Shown piece after piece: positions 31,501-43,600 of a DNA stretch of 64,000 bases. Where the stretch lies: NCBI GenBank assembly GCA_905178155.1, contig CAJINV010000001.1, forward strand, positions 4,940,747-5,004,746. The letters are read 5' to 3'. Numbering within the stretch: position 1 is the first letter of the stretch; every line of letters starts with the position of its first letter. Source of the DNA: Amoebophrya sp. A120 (taxonomy: Eukaryota; Protista; Dinoflagellata). Below the pieces are notes generated by a model, which was not told the origin of the DNA, did no database searches, and worked only from the letters and a program-made list of their open reading frames with translations. The position numbers and the translations under genes were made by a program.

Positions 31501-34500
31501 CGGCTGTGGCGATTTAAATAAGCACACGAGACGCCAACACAGACGCGGCGCGGTTGTGTACACAAACAGCAGCGGAGTCCATGCGCGCGCCGCGTTTTCG
31601 GTTGCATTGCAACACACTTTAGCACGAGCTGAGCCGAAGGTTTCCCGGGAAACCTTAAACGACCTTGCCCGAGCGGAATCTATTGATTTCTAGGTTTCAC
31701 AGCGTCACTTTCTCGAAAAGTTTGTCACAGTCACTCTCACTACCTTTCAGGTTTTGCATATACAATTTTTTCAGCATCACAGCGTTTCTTTGTATTGCAG
31801 AAACACTAGGGAAATCCCTAAGGAAGTTTGGCTGTGATGCATTTTTACGCATGGCAGGAAGTTTTGTATTGCAAAAATGCGCATGAGTGATCGCGACGAC
31901 CTTTTTTTGTTTGATAGCGGGTCCTGGACTTGTAGTACTCCTTCCAGGTAGTCTATCCCACGAAAAAAGTGTTACAGTTATACATTTGCTGTCAAATCAG
32001 CAACACAAATTTCTCTGCATGAGAGAGAAAACTTGCAATGCAGAAATCCTACGGGAAAACACCTATGAAACGAGGCTCCTACGCATATTATCCTGCATGA
32101 CAGAGCTTGTCTGTCTTTTTTTTGTCTGCAACACAATGTGTAACTGTTGTAACACTTTTTTCTCGCGATATAGTCTCCGCGTGCACCTGGTCGCCGCTCA
32201 CGAAGCCACCAGGCGCACGGACGTCCTCATGCACGCGGCTCCGCTCCAGCTTCTCGCTCCCGCCGAGATCCAGCAGAATCAGTTGCGAGCACACCGGCCC
32301 CCGCGGCGGTTTATTTTTTGGTTTCCGCAGATAATTGTCCTCAACAACTCCGGGTGCCGGGCGACGAGAGGAGGACGCAGAGGAGGAACTCTGGCTCTGA
32401 TCGACTTGATGTCCTAGAAGTTCTTGCTGCACATAAAAGGGTGAGGACTTGTTTATTGGGCAGTATCGTTCCGCCTCAGCAAGTGCACCATAATCTTCCG
32501 GCGTGCGCAGCTTTACGAGCACCACTGCGTGCGCGCGGGTGGACTTCGCGTTCATGGCGGTGGCCGCGGCGCGCTTGTGCTGTGCGCCGTCGTGCAGAAA
32601 GTGGTAAATGTCTGCGACGCTATTCAAATCCCGCTCGGTCGGTGGGTCGGAGACGAGGGAATGGACCACCTCGCCGGTGAGCAAGTCGCGGACCGTGTTC
32701 CCGAACACTTCGACGAACGAAAGCGTCAGGGAAAGCGCGTGCGGCTTGCGGCGCAGCAAGTACAGCAGCGTCTGCGGAATCAAACCGGTGGTTGCAGACA
32801 AAATCTCCATCTGCTCCGACCGCTCTGGCCCGTCGTGTAGCGGGACGACGGTATGCATTGCAAAAGTATCGTACTAGTAGTGATTGCATGACAAATTTAA
32901 TCAGCATGAGAAATGAAACTTATGATGCTGATTTACCTTGAGGAAGAGATTTGTCATGCATAATAATTGCAATTACTACGATACTTTTGCACAGGATAGA
33001 CGGGGACACGAACAAGAGCGTCTTCTGCTGTTTTTTGGTCGTGCTGGTGTTCCCGTTTTACTTGTTCACTAGGGGTTTTACAAGTATCGTTGATGTTCCC
33101 GCCCTCGTCCTCCAGGACAACAGTACCTGCGTTGTTCACCATCTTCGGCCCTCGCCCGTAGACATTGACGACGCCGGTGGGCGCGGGAAAGGCGGCGAGG
33201 GCCAGCGAACGCAGGTTTTCCAACGTGGTTTCCTCGTCCTTGCTATGCATTGCAAAAGCATCGCACTAGTAGTAATTGCAATACAAATTTCCTCAGCGTG
33301 AGAAATAAAATTTGTAATGCAGATTTGCCTTGGGAACAAGATTTGTAATGCAAGACTTGCATTTATTTCTATACGAGTACGATACTTTTGCACAGGATAC
33401 TTGCCGAACATCGTGAAGGTTTTGCCGCTGCCCGTCTGGCCGTAGGAAAAAATGCAGCTGTCTTCCCCGTTCAGAAAGGAATTGATCAAGGGAAACGCAT
33501 TCCATGCAAATATGTCTCCTGGATCTGGAAGACACATGCTGTTTTTGCATGACACGCACGGTCTGGCATGGGAGCCCGAGTACTATCAGAGGGAGAGGTC
33601 TCGAGAAAGGTTCCGCAATGCCTAATCCGCATGACAAGTCCTCCATTTTGGTGACAGAAAGTGGGAAACTTTTGTTGCCTATTTATGCATGAGAAAGTTT
33701 GTGTGTGTTGTGAAATGCGCATCACTAGTTTGCACGCTTCCAGACCCAGACATATTTGCAAGGCATACAGCGCCAGCTCAAACAATTCCCCCGTGGCGCT
33801 CTTGTCCCCAAACACAGTGTCGAACTCGTAGCGCTTCGCGCCTACGCATCCTGAGTAAAAACGTACCCACACCAGAGCTGTAATGCAGATTTGCAAAGAC
33901 AGGAAGTGGAAGACTTGTAATGCGCATCCCCATGAGAGCCATTTCCAATCGTGTTTTGGAATTTGTGATGCTGTGAACAGGATGAGCAGATGAATCTGTG
34001 ATGCGGCTGCACTTGCTAACCTGCACTACACTGCAGAGTGCATTTTGTCATGCGTGACTCACAAAACTCCTAGGTTTGTGTTGCAAAATCCCCATCCTGA
34101 CTCTGGTGTGGGTACGTTTTTACTCAGGATACCACGCCCGGACACAGCGTAAAAACTTCACTTTTCGTGTAGTTCAGGACCGACGCGCGCAGCTGGTACT
34201 TGCTCGCCGCGGTTGATGCAGAAGCAGGGCAGGAGGGCTTGTTATCATACTCACTGTTATCCTGTGCAAAAGCATCGTACTAGTACAAATTGCATTACAG
34301 ATTTTCTCAGCATGACAAATGCAATTTGTAATGCTGTTTTACTTTAGAAAGAAGATTTGTCATCATGCATATTTGCAATGAGTACGAGTACCATACTTTT
34401 GCAGTTCATAACTGTCCCCGCTCGATGCAGTTGTGGAAGCGGCGGAAAGCGCCTCGAGATCGGCGTTCTCCTGCTTCCTCGCTGCGTGCAATGCGCGCTC

Positions 34501-35310
34501 AAATTCGAGCGCTTTTTGTTGCGCTTGCAATTTGGAGTAGCCCTTTTCGCGGAGCAGCGCCACGCGCTGGTGCAGCGGAATGGTCACCTTGTTGCTTGTT
34601 GCCGTGTTTTCCGCGGTCTCCTTGAAACAGGAACTAGGGCGAAAGCGACACACTGTCTGGAGCACCTGTGGGACGACGACCACGGGGCTGGAGGCGTCTT
34701 CATCTTCCACTTTCGCATTTTCTGTGGCGATTGTCTGCTGTTTTTTCATCGTCTCTTGTTCTTTCACAGCTTGACAAGTACTGATGTTCAACGAAACTGG
34801 CTTGGTTCCAAGAGCCTTCACCTCATGATCCTCCTCCTCTTTCGGCAGCAGGGTTTCGCTGCCCTCCCCAGCCACAGCGGCGGACTGCGAGCAAAGCACG
34901 AAAGATTTTTTCGACCACCTGGACTTATTTTCCGTACTGTAGCGAAGTCCGTAGGGCGCAACGCGTTCGACGTCGACGAAGATCATACTTTCTTCGTGCA
35001 GAAAGAAGCGGTTCCGCAAGCTCCACAGCTGCCAGAAGTACTCCTTCGCGTTGCCAACCTTGATCTTGCCAAAGAACCTGCGCGGCATCAGGGTCAGATG
35101 GCGTTCCGACGCGAGGCGCATGCAGAGGAGGGACCAGAAGTCCTCAACGGTGTCGGCGTCCCACTTGCACATCAACAGACTGCCAAAGCGTTCCTCCCAG
35201 GAGCAGTACGGCAGGAGGGTGGTCCAAAACCACTCTGACCGGAACACCGCGGTCGCCGTGTGATGTTGTTCCGGAACAACAGCCATGTCCTCGCCAGGAC
35301 GCGCACACAT
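28526..35310 (-). CDS. Kinesin motor-domain protein, 11 exons separated by 10 introners; F-box-like N-terminus
   Basis: Reconstructed motifs VCRFRP, YEFDTVF, IFSYGQTGSGKTFTM, SFVEVF, NAKSTRAH, LLDLGGSE, FINLGLLSLKRCI, IPFYDSKLT and SLRFG. All 10 removals keep frame. Confidence 0.92.
28778..29029. mobile_element. Introner family E
   Basis: Short TIR TATAACCCGCTCA/TGAGCAAGTCATA, TSD TCCCA, join ERWE|WREI. Confidence 0.85.
29278..29491. mobile_element. Introner family D
   Basis: TIR TATCCCACGAAAAAAGTGTTACAGTTACACA, TSD ATGAT. Confidence 0.92.
29545..29797. mobile_element. Introner family A
   Basis: TIRs, TSD TGTGC/TGTTC. Confidence 0.9.
30040..30680. repeat. GC-rich ~20-bp minisatellite (CCGGGGATCCGCCCGCTCC-like)
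   Basis: Many degenerate GGGGATCCGC units. Confidence 0.9.
30720..31420. repeat. 114-bp tandem repeat, ~6 copies
   Basis: CTCAACTTGGGCCAGAGGATTCCGG recurs at 30951, 31065 and 31179. Confidence 0.9.
31954..32170. mobile_element. Introner family D
   Basis: TIRs, TSD TAGTC, join HAET|TWKEYY. Confidence 0.92.
32852..32998. mobile_element. Introner family F
   Basis: TIR TAT....TGCAAAAGTATCGTA, TSD GACGG. Confidence 0.92.
33244..33399. mobile_element. Introner family F
   Basis: TSD CTTGC, join FTMFGK|DEET. Confidence 0.92.
33498..33767. mobile_element. Introner family A variant
   Basis: Left end CAT; TSD AAACG/CAGCG (3/5 match); 275-nt removal joins ELAL|PLINSF. Confidence 0.82.
33847..34131. 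mobile_element. Introner family G
   Basis: 31-bp TIR (T/C)ATCCTGAGTAAAAACGTACCCACACCAGAG, TSD CTACG/CCACG. Confidence 0.9.
34258..34410. mobile_element. Introner family F
   Basis: TSD ACTGT, join SGDS|EYDN. Confidence 0.92.
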
Positions 35311-36162
35311 GGCTTTTTTTATTTTCAGGTGATGGCACTAGTACTGGGAGGTTTTCGAGTTGTTGGAATGGATGAGGGAACTACAGGAGCAAAACCCTTT
35401 GAGTATGTCAATAACTAAGCACCACTTCTCTCTTTCAGAAGTTTCAACACTATCACTAAGATCAAGATTTGCATATGCATTTATTGCAGCTGGTGGCGCT
35501 CCCGATTCTGAGGAAACTGCCCGCTATATTACTGGTCGATAATGATCCAGTTCCAGGTTTGAATCTTCTCTCGCACATTTGAAGACCTTGACGGCGACCA
35601 CGTCAAGCTTTTTTTTGAGCTCATTTGCCTGCTGCACTCGGTCGAAACTAAACAAGCAAAACCACAACCTACCACTCCAAGTTGAAAGGACTCCAACAGG
35701 AACATAAACCAACCTGTACCTGGGTAAGTAACAAGTCCCTAGTAAGGTCAACACGCAAGACGCCGTGCTCGCCTTTCTACTATTTTGTTCATTGATTCCT
35801 TTTTCTGCACTAGAATATTGATGCGGTTCAAGGTCAAACGACAACGCGTGGCACTTCTGGCGCGACATTCAAAAGCTCGGGAATGCAGGTGTGCGGGTGC
35901 TGGTATCAAATGTAAAAATGTCTGGGTCTGGAAGAATGCAAGTTTGTCATGCTTGTCTGGCATGACTCTTAAGTCTGTCATGCACATTAGCAAAGAGCCC
36001 CACTTTTCTGTCATGCAGAAACGTAGTTTGTCATGCAGAATAGGCAACACCTAGAAGCTCAGAAACTTGTCATGCTGAGCCAGCANGACTGTGACAAACT
36101 TTTCGAGAAAGTGACGCTGTGAAACCTAGAAATCAATAGATTCCGCTCGGGCAAGGTCGTTT

Positions 36163-39100
36163 AAGGTTTCCCGGGAAACCTTAAACGACCTTGCCCGAGC
36201 GGAATCTATTGATTTCTAGGTTTCACAGCGTCACTTTCTCGAAAAGTTTGTCACAGTCACTCTCACTACCTTTCAGGTTTTGCATATACAATTTTTTCAG
36301 CATCACAGCGTTTCTTTGTATTGCAGAAACACTAGGGAAATCCCTAAGGAAGTTTGGCTGTGATGCATTTTTACGCATGGCAGGAAGTTTTGTATTGCAA
36401 AAATGCGCATGAGTGATCGCGACGACCTTTTTTTGTTTGATAGCGGGTCCTGGACTTGTAGTACTCCTTCCAGGTAGTCTATCCCACGAAAAAAGTGTTA
36501 CAGTTATACATTTGCTGTCAAATCAGCAACACAAATTTCTCTGCATGAGAGAGAAAACTTGCAATGCAGAAATCCTACGGGAAAACACCTATGAAACGAG
36601 GCTCCTACGCATATTATCCTGCATGACAGAGCTTGTCTGTCTTTTTTTTGTCTGCAACACAATGTGTAACTGTTGTAACACTTTTTTCTCGCGATATAGT
36701 CTCCGCGTGCACCTGGTCGCCGCTCACGAAGCCACCAGGCGCACGGACGTCCTCATGCACGCGGCTCCGCTCCAGCTTCTCGCTCCCGCCGAGATCCAGC
36801 AGAATCAGTTGCGAGCACACCGGCCCCCGCGGCGGTTTATTTTTTGGTTTCCGCAGATAATTGTCCTCAACAACTCCGGGTGCCGGGCGACGAGAGGAGG
36901 ACGCAGAGGAGGAACTCTGGCTCTGATCGACTTGATGTCCTAGAAGTTCTTGCTGCACATAAAAGGGTGAGGACTTGTTTATTGGGCAGTATCGTTCCGC
37001 CTCAGCAAGTGCACCATAATCTTCCGGCGTGCGCAGCTTTACGAGCACCACTGCGTGCGCGCGGGTGGACTTCGCGTTCATGGCGGTGGCCGCGGCGCGC
37101 TTGTGCTGTGCGCCGTCGTGCAGAAAGTGGTAAATGTCTGCGACGCTATTCAAATCCCGCTCGGTCGGTGGGTCGGAGACGAGGGAATGGACCACCTCGC
37201 CGGTGAGCAAGTCGCGGACCGTGTTCCCGAACACTTCGACGAACGAAAGCGTCAGGGAAAGCGCGTGCGGCTTGCGGCGCAGCAAGTACAGCAGCGTCTG
37301 CGGAATCAAACCGGTGGTTGCAGACAAAATCTCCATCTGCTCCGACCGCTCTGGCCCGTCGTGTAGCGGGACGACGGTATGCATTGCAAAAGTATCGTAC
37401 TAGTAGTGATTGCATGACAAATTTAATCAGCATGAGAAATGAAACTTATGATGCTGATTTACCTTGAGGAAGAGATTTGTCATGCATAATAATTGCAATT
37501 ACTACGATACTTTTGCACAGGATAGACGGGGACACGAACAAGAGCGTCTTCTGCTGTTTTTTGGTCGTGCTGGTGTTCCCGTTTTACTTGTTCACTAGGG
37601 GTTTTACAAGTATCGTTGATGTTCCCGCCCTCGTCCTCCAGGACAACAGTACCTGCGTTGTTCACCATCTTCGGCCCTCGCCCGTAGACATTGACGACGC
37701 CGGTGGGCGCGGGAAAGGCGGCGAGGGCCAGCGAACGCAGGTTTTCCAACGTGGTTTCCTCGTCCTTGCTATGCATTGCAAAAGCATCGCACTAGTAGTA
37801 ATTGCAATACAAATTTCCTCAGCGTGAGAAATAAAATTTGTAATGCAGATTTGCCTTGGGAACAAGATTTGTAATGCAAGACTTGCATTTATTTCTATAC
37901 GAGTACGATACTTTTGCACAGGATACTTGCCGAACATCGTGAAGGTTTTGCCGCTGCCCGTCTGGCCGTAGGAAAAAATGCAGCTGTCTTCCCCGTTCAG
38001 AAAGGAATTGATCAAGGGAAACGCATTCCATGCAAATATGTCTCCTGGATCTGGAAGACACATGCTGTTTTTGCATGACACGCACGGTCTGGCATGGGAG
38101 CCCGAGTACTATCAGAGGGAGAGGTCTCGAGAAAGGTTCCGCAATGCCTAATCCGCATGACAAGTCCTCCATTTTGGTGACAGAAAGTGGGAAACTTTTG
38201 TTGCCTATTTATGCATGAGAAAGTTTGTGTGTGTTGTGAAATGCGCATCACTAGTTTGCACGCTTCCAGACCCAGACATATTTGCAAGGCATACAGCGCC
38301 AGCTCAAACAATTCCCCCGTGGCGCTCTTGTCCCCAAACACAGTGTCGAACTCGTAGCGCTTCGCGCCTACGCATCCTGAGTAAAAACGTACCCACACCA
38401 GAGCTGTAATGCAGATTTGCAAAGACAGGAAGTGGAAGACTTGTAATGCGCATCCCCATGAGAGCCATTTCCAATCGTGTTTTGGAATTTGTGATGCTGT
38501 GAACAGGATGAGCAGATGAATCTGTGATGCGGCTGCACTTGCTAACCTGCACTACACTGCAGAGTGCATTTTGTCATGCGTGACTCACAAAACTCCTAGG
38601 TTTGTGTTGCAAAATCCCCATCCTGACTCTGGTGTGGGTACGTTTTTACTCAGGATACCACGCCCGGACACAGCGTAAAAACTTCACTTTTCGTGTAGTT
38701 CAGGACCGACGCGCGCAGCTGGTACTTGCTCGCCGCGGTTGATGCAGAAGCAGGGCAGGAGGGCTTGTTATCATACTCACTGTTATCCTGTGCAAAAGCA
38801 TCGTACTAGTACAAATTGCATTACAGATTTTCTCAGCATGACAAATGCAATTTGTAATGCTGTTTTACTTTAGAAAGAAGATTTGTCATCATGCATATTT
38901 GCAATGAGTACGAGTACCATACTTTTGCAGTTCATAACTGTCCCCGCTCGATGCAGTTGTGGAAGCGGCGGAAAGCGCCTCGAGATCGGCGTTCTCCTGC
39001 TTCCTCGCTGCGTGCAATGCGCGCTCAAATTCGAGCGCTTTTTGTTGCGCTTGCAATTTGGAGTAGCCCTTTTCGCGGAGCAGCGCCACGCGCTGGTGCA

Positions 39101-40611
39101 GCGGAATGGTCACCTTGTTGCTTGTTGCCGTGTTTTCCGCGGTCTCCTTGAAACAGGAACTAGGGCGAAAGCGACACACTGTCTGGAGCACCTGTGGGAC
39201 GACGACCACGGGGCTGGAGGCGTCTTCATCTTCCACTTTCGCATTTTCTGTGGCGATTGTCTGCTGTTTTTTCATCGTCTCTTGTTCTTTCACAGCTTGA
39301 CAAGTACTGATGTTCAACGAAACTGGCTTGGTTCCAAGAGCCTTCACCTCATGATCCTCCTCCTCTTTCGGCAGCAGGGTTTCGCTGCCCTCCCCAGCCA
39401 CAGCGGCGGACTGCGAGCAAAGCACGAAAGATTTTTTCGACCACCTGGACTTATTTTCCGTACTGTAGCGAAGTCCGTAGGGCGCAACGCGTTCGACGTC
39501 GACGAAGATCATACTTTCTTCGTGCAGAAAGAAGCGGTTCCGCAAGCTCCACAGCTGCCAGAAGTACTCCTTCGCGTTGCCAACCTTGATCTTGCCAAAG
39601 AACCTGCGCGGCATCAGGGTCAGATGGCGTTCCGACGCGAGGCGCATGCAGAGGAGGGACCAGAAGTCCTCAACGGTGTCGGCGTCCCACTTGCACATCA
39701 ACAGACTGCCAAAGCGTTCCTCCCAGGAGCAGTACGGCAGGAGGGTGGTCCAAAACCACTCTGACCGGAACACCGCGGTCGCCGTGTGATGTTGTTCCGG
39801 AACAACAGCCATGTCCTCGCCAGGACGCGCACACATGGCTTTTTTTATTTTCAGGTGATGGCACTAGTACTGGGAGGTTTTCGAGTTGTTGGAATGGATG
39901 AGGGAACTACAGGAGCAAAACCCTTTGAGTATGTCAATAACTAAGCACCACTTCTCTCTTTCAGAAGTTTCAACACTATCACTAAGATCAAGATTTGCAT
40001 ATGCATTTATTGCAGCTGGTGGCGCTCCCGATTCTGAGGAAACTGCCCGCTATATTACTGGTCGATAATGATCCAGTTCCAGGTTTGAATCTTCTCTCGC
40101 ACATTTGAAGACCTTGACGGCGACCACGTCAAGCTTTTTTTTGAGCTCATTTGCCTGCTGCACTCGGTCGAAACTAAACAAGCAAAACCACAACCTACCA
40201 CTCCAAGTTGAAAGGACTCCAACAGGAACATAAACCAACCTGTACCTGGGTAAGTAACAAGTCCCTAGTAAGGTCAACACGCAAGACGCCGTGCTCGCCT
40301 TTCTACTATTTTGTTCATTGATTCCTTTTTCTGCACTAGAATATTGATGCGGTTCAAGGTCAAACGACAACGCGTGGCACTTCTGGCGCGACATTCAAAA
40401 GCTCGGGAATGCAGGTGTGCGGGTGCTGGTATCAAATGTAAAAATGTCTGGGTCTGGAAGAATGCAAGTTTGTCATGCTTGTCTGGCATGACTCTTAAGT
40501 CTGTCATGCACATTAGCAAAGAGCCCCACTTTTCTGTCATGCAGAAACGTAGTTTGTCATGCAGAATAGGCAACACCTAGAAGCTCAGAAACTTGTCATG
40601 CTGAGCCAGCA
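36163..40611 (+). repeat. Apparently exact second copy of 31637-36085 (5' part of kinesin gene, its introners and the racemase 3' end); probable assembly artefact
   Basis: Constant offset of 4526 with identical ORFs; junction has an N at 36086 followed by a perfect palindrome. Confidence 0.9.
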
Positions 40612-43600
40612 ATTGTCGCCTCCTCATGATACGCCACACAGCATCACAAGTTTCCAGACCCAGACACTTTTACACTCGATAGCTGGCACAGATAAACGAC
40701 GTTGCCCTCGTTGGTTGCGATGCCTTTTCGGTTCTCTGGCGCATCGGGACCACTTGGATTTACTGCAAAAGTGCCAGAGATTGCGGTGTTGTACAGAAAC
40801 TCATAGCTGGCACAGCGGTTGTCGGCCATCGCCCGTGTGAGATCTTCACGCCTTCGCATCTTCGCCTCCTCGCTTGTGGTCGGGAAATTTTTCAGTAGAT
40901 CTAGATGATCCGTCCACGCAGTTGTTACAGAGGACGTCGTCCCTCCTGCTCCCGAGTTGCAATCCAAAGCGAGGTCGCTCGCGAAAACGTCATACCCAGC
41001 CGGAACTGTTCCGATTGTGGCGTTTGCTGGAAGACTGGGAAATTTCAAGCAGTTTTGCATTTGCAAGCACGGGCCGTAGCGAAGCTCCTCCTTCGTAGAT
41101 TTGCGCACGTGGCTCAACGTCGTTTTCCAAGACAAAACATTCAACGGCACACCGGCGAAGCGTGTTCGTGTTGGTGTCGATCCACCTTGGTGGAGTACAG
41201 GACCTGCTCCGTTTGCGTTACTAGCAAAAAGAACCTTGTTCTTTTCCTCGTGTGACAGTGCCTCGCGTAAAATTGGCTGGTGCTGAAACTCCGACTCTTC
41301 TTTTTGCGGCCCTCCTATTTCTTGGTGCGAACGGGTGTCACGGGACACGGCATCGCCGCTTTCGTCCACAACACGAACGCGATCTAAGTCGGTCGCACCA
41401 GTACTCGGTGTCCCAGCTGTTCTTGTTTCTCCTTCCTTTTCTATCCCTTTCGGATCTTCTTCGAGGTTGAACAGGTGGAAATACCTGTCGCTCGCCAAAA
41501 CGAACAGGTCACTGTGCACTTTGTGCGCCTCCTCGACGGTGGACCGCCGCAAGTCCAGCGCTGCTCGCTGCGCCCCGTATTTTGCGATTAGACGTGCGTG
41601 TAGCGCATCGTAATGGGCGAATGGACTCGTTGTAGTACGTGCTGTCGTTCTAGTTCTTTCAGAAGTAGAAGTTCGAGCTATTTCCTTGTCGTGTTGATGT
41701 TCATCTTGTGCTACGATTTGCTTACTTTCTTGGCGCCGGTTTACTTCCTCGTCATGTATTCGTAGCTGCAACAGCTCCCGCGCCACCATTTTCCAGAACA
41801 CGCTTTCTTGCAGTACCAGGTCGATCGGGTGGTTGGTGCCGAACAAAAGCCCGCCCACACTATGGAAGCGTCACGATTGAAATCGTCAAAGTTGAAATAA
41901 TTTGTGATGCTAAACCGACCGAAGCCACTACGTGAAATAATAATAATTTGTGATGCTAAAACAACCGCACCGACATTGCCATTGTCCGGCGTAGCTGGGG
42001 AGGCAAGCCTCCGCAGGGGCCGGAGCGGCATAGGGTCAGAACCGATGCATAAAATGCAACCCAGGTAGTGCCTGTCTTGCAGAGTAGGCGAGGGGGGCAG
42101 ATTGTAAGCCTGTTGCGGGGTAGAAGTAGAGCTGCCAAACAAGTAGCATGACATAAAGCGCCTTTCTTACCCAAGCAGCGTTACAGACTGGATTTCGGCT
42201 CTACCCAAATTTGTCATGCGCCGCTTGGAAATTGGGCTTCCAACAGGTATCGAGTTTATGCATCACAAACTATTTCAACTTTGAGAATTTCAATCCTGAC
42301 GCTTCCATACACACGGACCATTTCGTACATGGTGTCGGGCCGAAACATGTTCGTCGACGAGGACGCGTGGCGGAGAATCTTGCCCGGTCCGTTCCCGAAC
42401 TCGACGGCAAATTCGTATGAGAGTGCACAACTCCCCCTCCCCCTCGTTTGTCATGCAAAATGCGTAGTTTACGCCTTGCCTCTTGGCACTATTTGCATGA
42501 CAAGTTCATCTGGGTGCCCACATAGCACTACACTCCTGTTCAAATTTGTCATGCGAGACCTGTATTCTTGTGGACGCTCGTATTGCTGTTCATACAAAAA
42601 TACAAATGATGCGGGCAGGGGAGTTGTGCACTCTCATAATTCGCGTTCCAACACCTGAATTGCTTCGTCGAACAAGTTTTTGGAAAACGCCATGGCATTC
42701 GGGTCGTAGGGGCAACACCAGTGCGTGTAAAATCCCTCCCACTGCGTATCAAAATGAAAAATCCCCCCACCCCATATCAAAACGAAGTCTGTGATGCTGG
42801 ATTTGCGTACACAAATCAGATTGGTCTTGCTGGAGAGGACTGCAGGCCCATATCAAGCCTGATCAGAGAGGTTTTGGGCTGGGCTCTTAGCATGAGAAAC
42901 GTCTGCGCTGTAGGCCCAACAGCATTACAAAGCGCCTGCATAAAGCGGCGGAGCCTGTGGAGTTGCCTTCTTGCAAGACAGAGATGATTTGTGGTCGCAA
43001 ATCAGCATTGCAAATTTTCTGCTACGTACCTTTTCGATATGGGGAGGGGGGATTTTTCCCCACAATACTGCAGCTTCCTCTCGCGGATGCCCTTTTCTAG
43101 CGGGTAGAAGTGATCAGCCAAATGGGAAACCGTTTCCTCTAAGCGAAGCCCCTCCCGCGACAGTCCCGTGTCCAGCATCGCGTGAAATTTCAGGGCCGGC
43201 GTGGACGGGGGGCGAAATATCGCGCGAAAAATGTTCTTCTTTCACTGTAATCGATCGATGATCCGAGCGTTGTGAGCGATGCGAAGCGATGATTCTCATT
43301 CTGTAACATTTGCATCACAGGTTCGCCACACCCATACACGAGAACGAACATGATCTGCAATGCATCAACTGTCTTGCTGCATATGCATTTCTGGCATGAA
43401 TATGAAAAACGCTTTTCATCTTATGTTGTAATGCAGTGAAACAGAAGCTCTTTCTGGCGATACAAAAGTCGTTCAGGTTCAAGGACAGAAGCCATTCGAT
43501 CGCCAACGCCGAGACACGGATGTGCAGCAAAGCGAGCTTACAGAGCAGGCTGGGCGCCATCACGGTGCGGTACAGTATCAAAATCGGGACGCTTTCCGGG

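Larger units (their letters stand above)
29922..31714. mobile_element. Nested non-autonomous TIR transposon (GAGA termini, ~8-bp TSD; MULE- or hAT-like)
   Basis: TIR GAGACCCTGACGCTCTGAGACCTA vs GAGAAAGTGACGCTGTGAAACCTA; TSD AAAAAGTT/GAAAAGTT. Confidence 0.75.
29904..31916. mobile_element. Introner family C expanded to 2 kb by a nested transposon
   Basis: TSD GCGGG; ends match the reverse complement of the intact copy at 49243-49448; join KSRT|RVQET. Confidence 0.88.

Noticed and set aside
29943-31693. Long overlapping ORFs (321-401 aa) in several frames
   Set aside because: Stop-poor GC-rich satellites inside a transposon; translations are purely repetitive.
36087-36258. Perfect 172-bp palindrome centred on TTTCCCGGGAAA
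   Set aside because: It starts at the N and mirrors about a short natural palindrome that is not extended in the first copy; likely an assembly or template-switch artefact.
31637-40611. Tandem duplication of the kinesin 5' region
   Set aside because: Copies look identical even inside introners and meet at an N (36086), which is typical of overlapping contig ends. Read depth or long reads would be needed to call it real.
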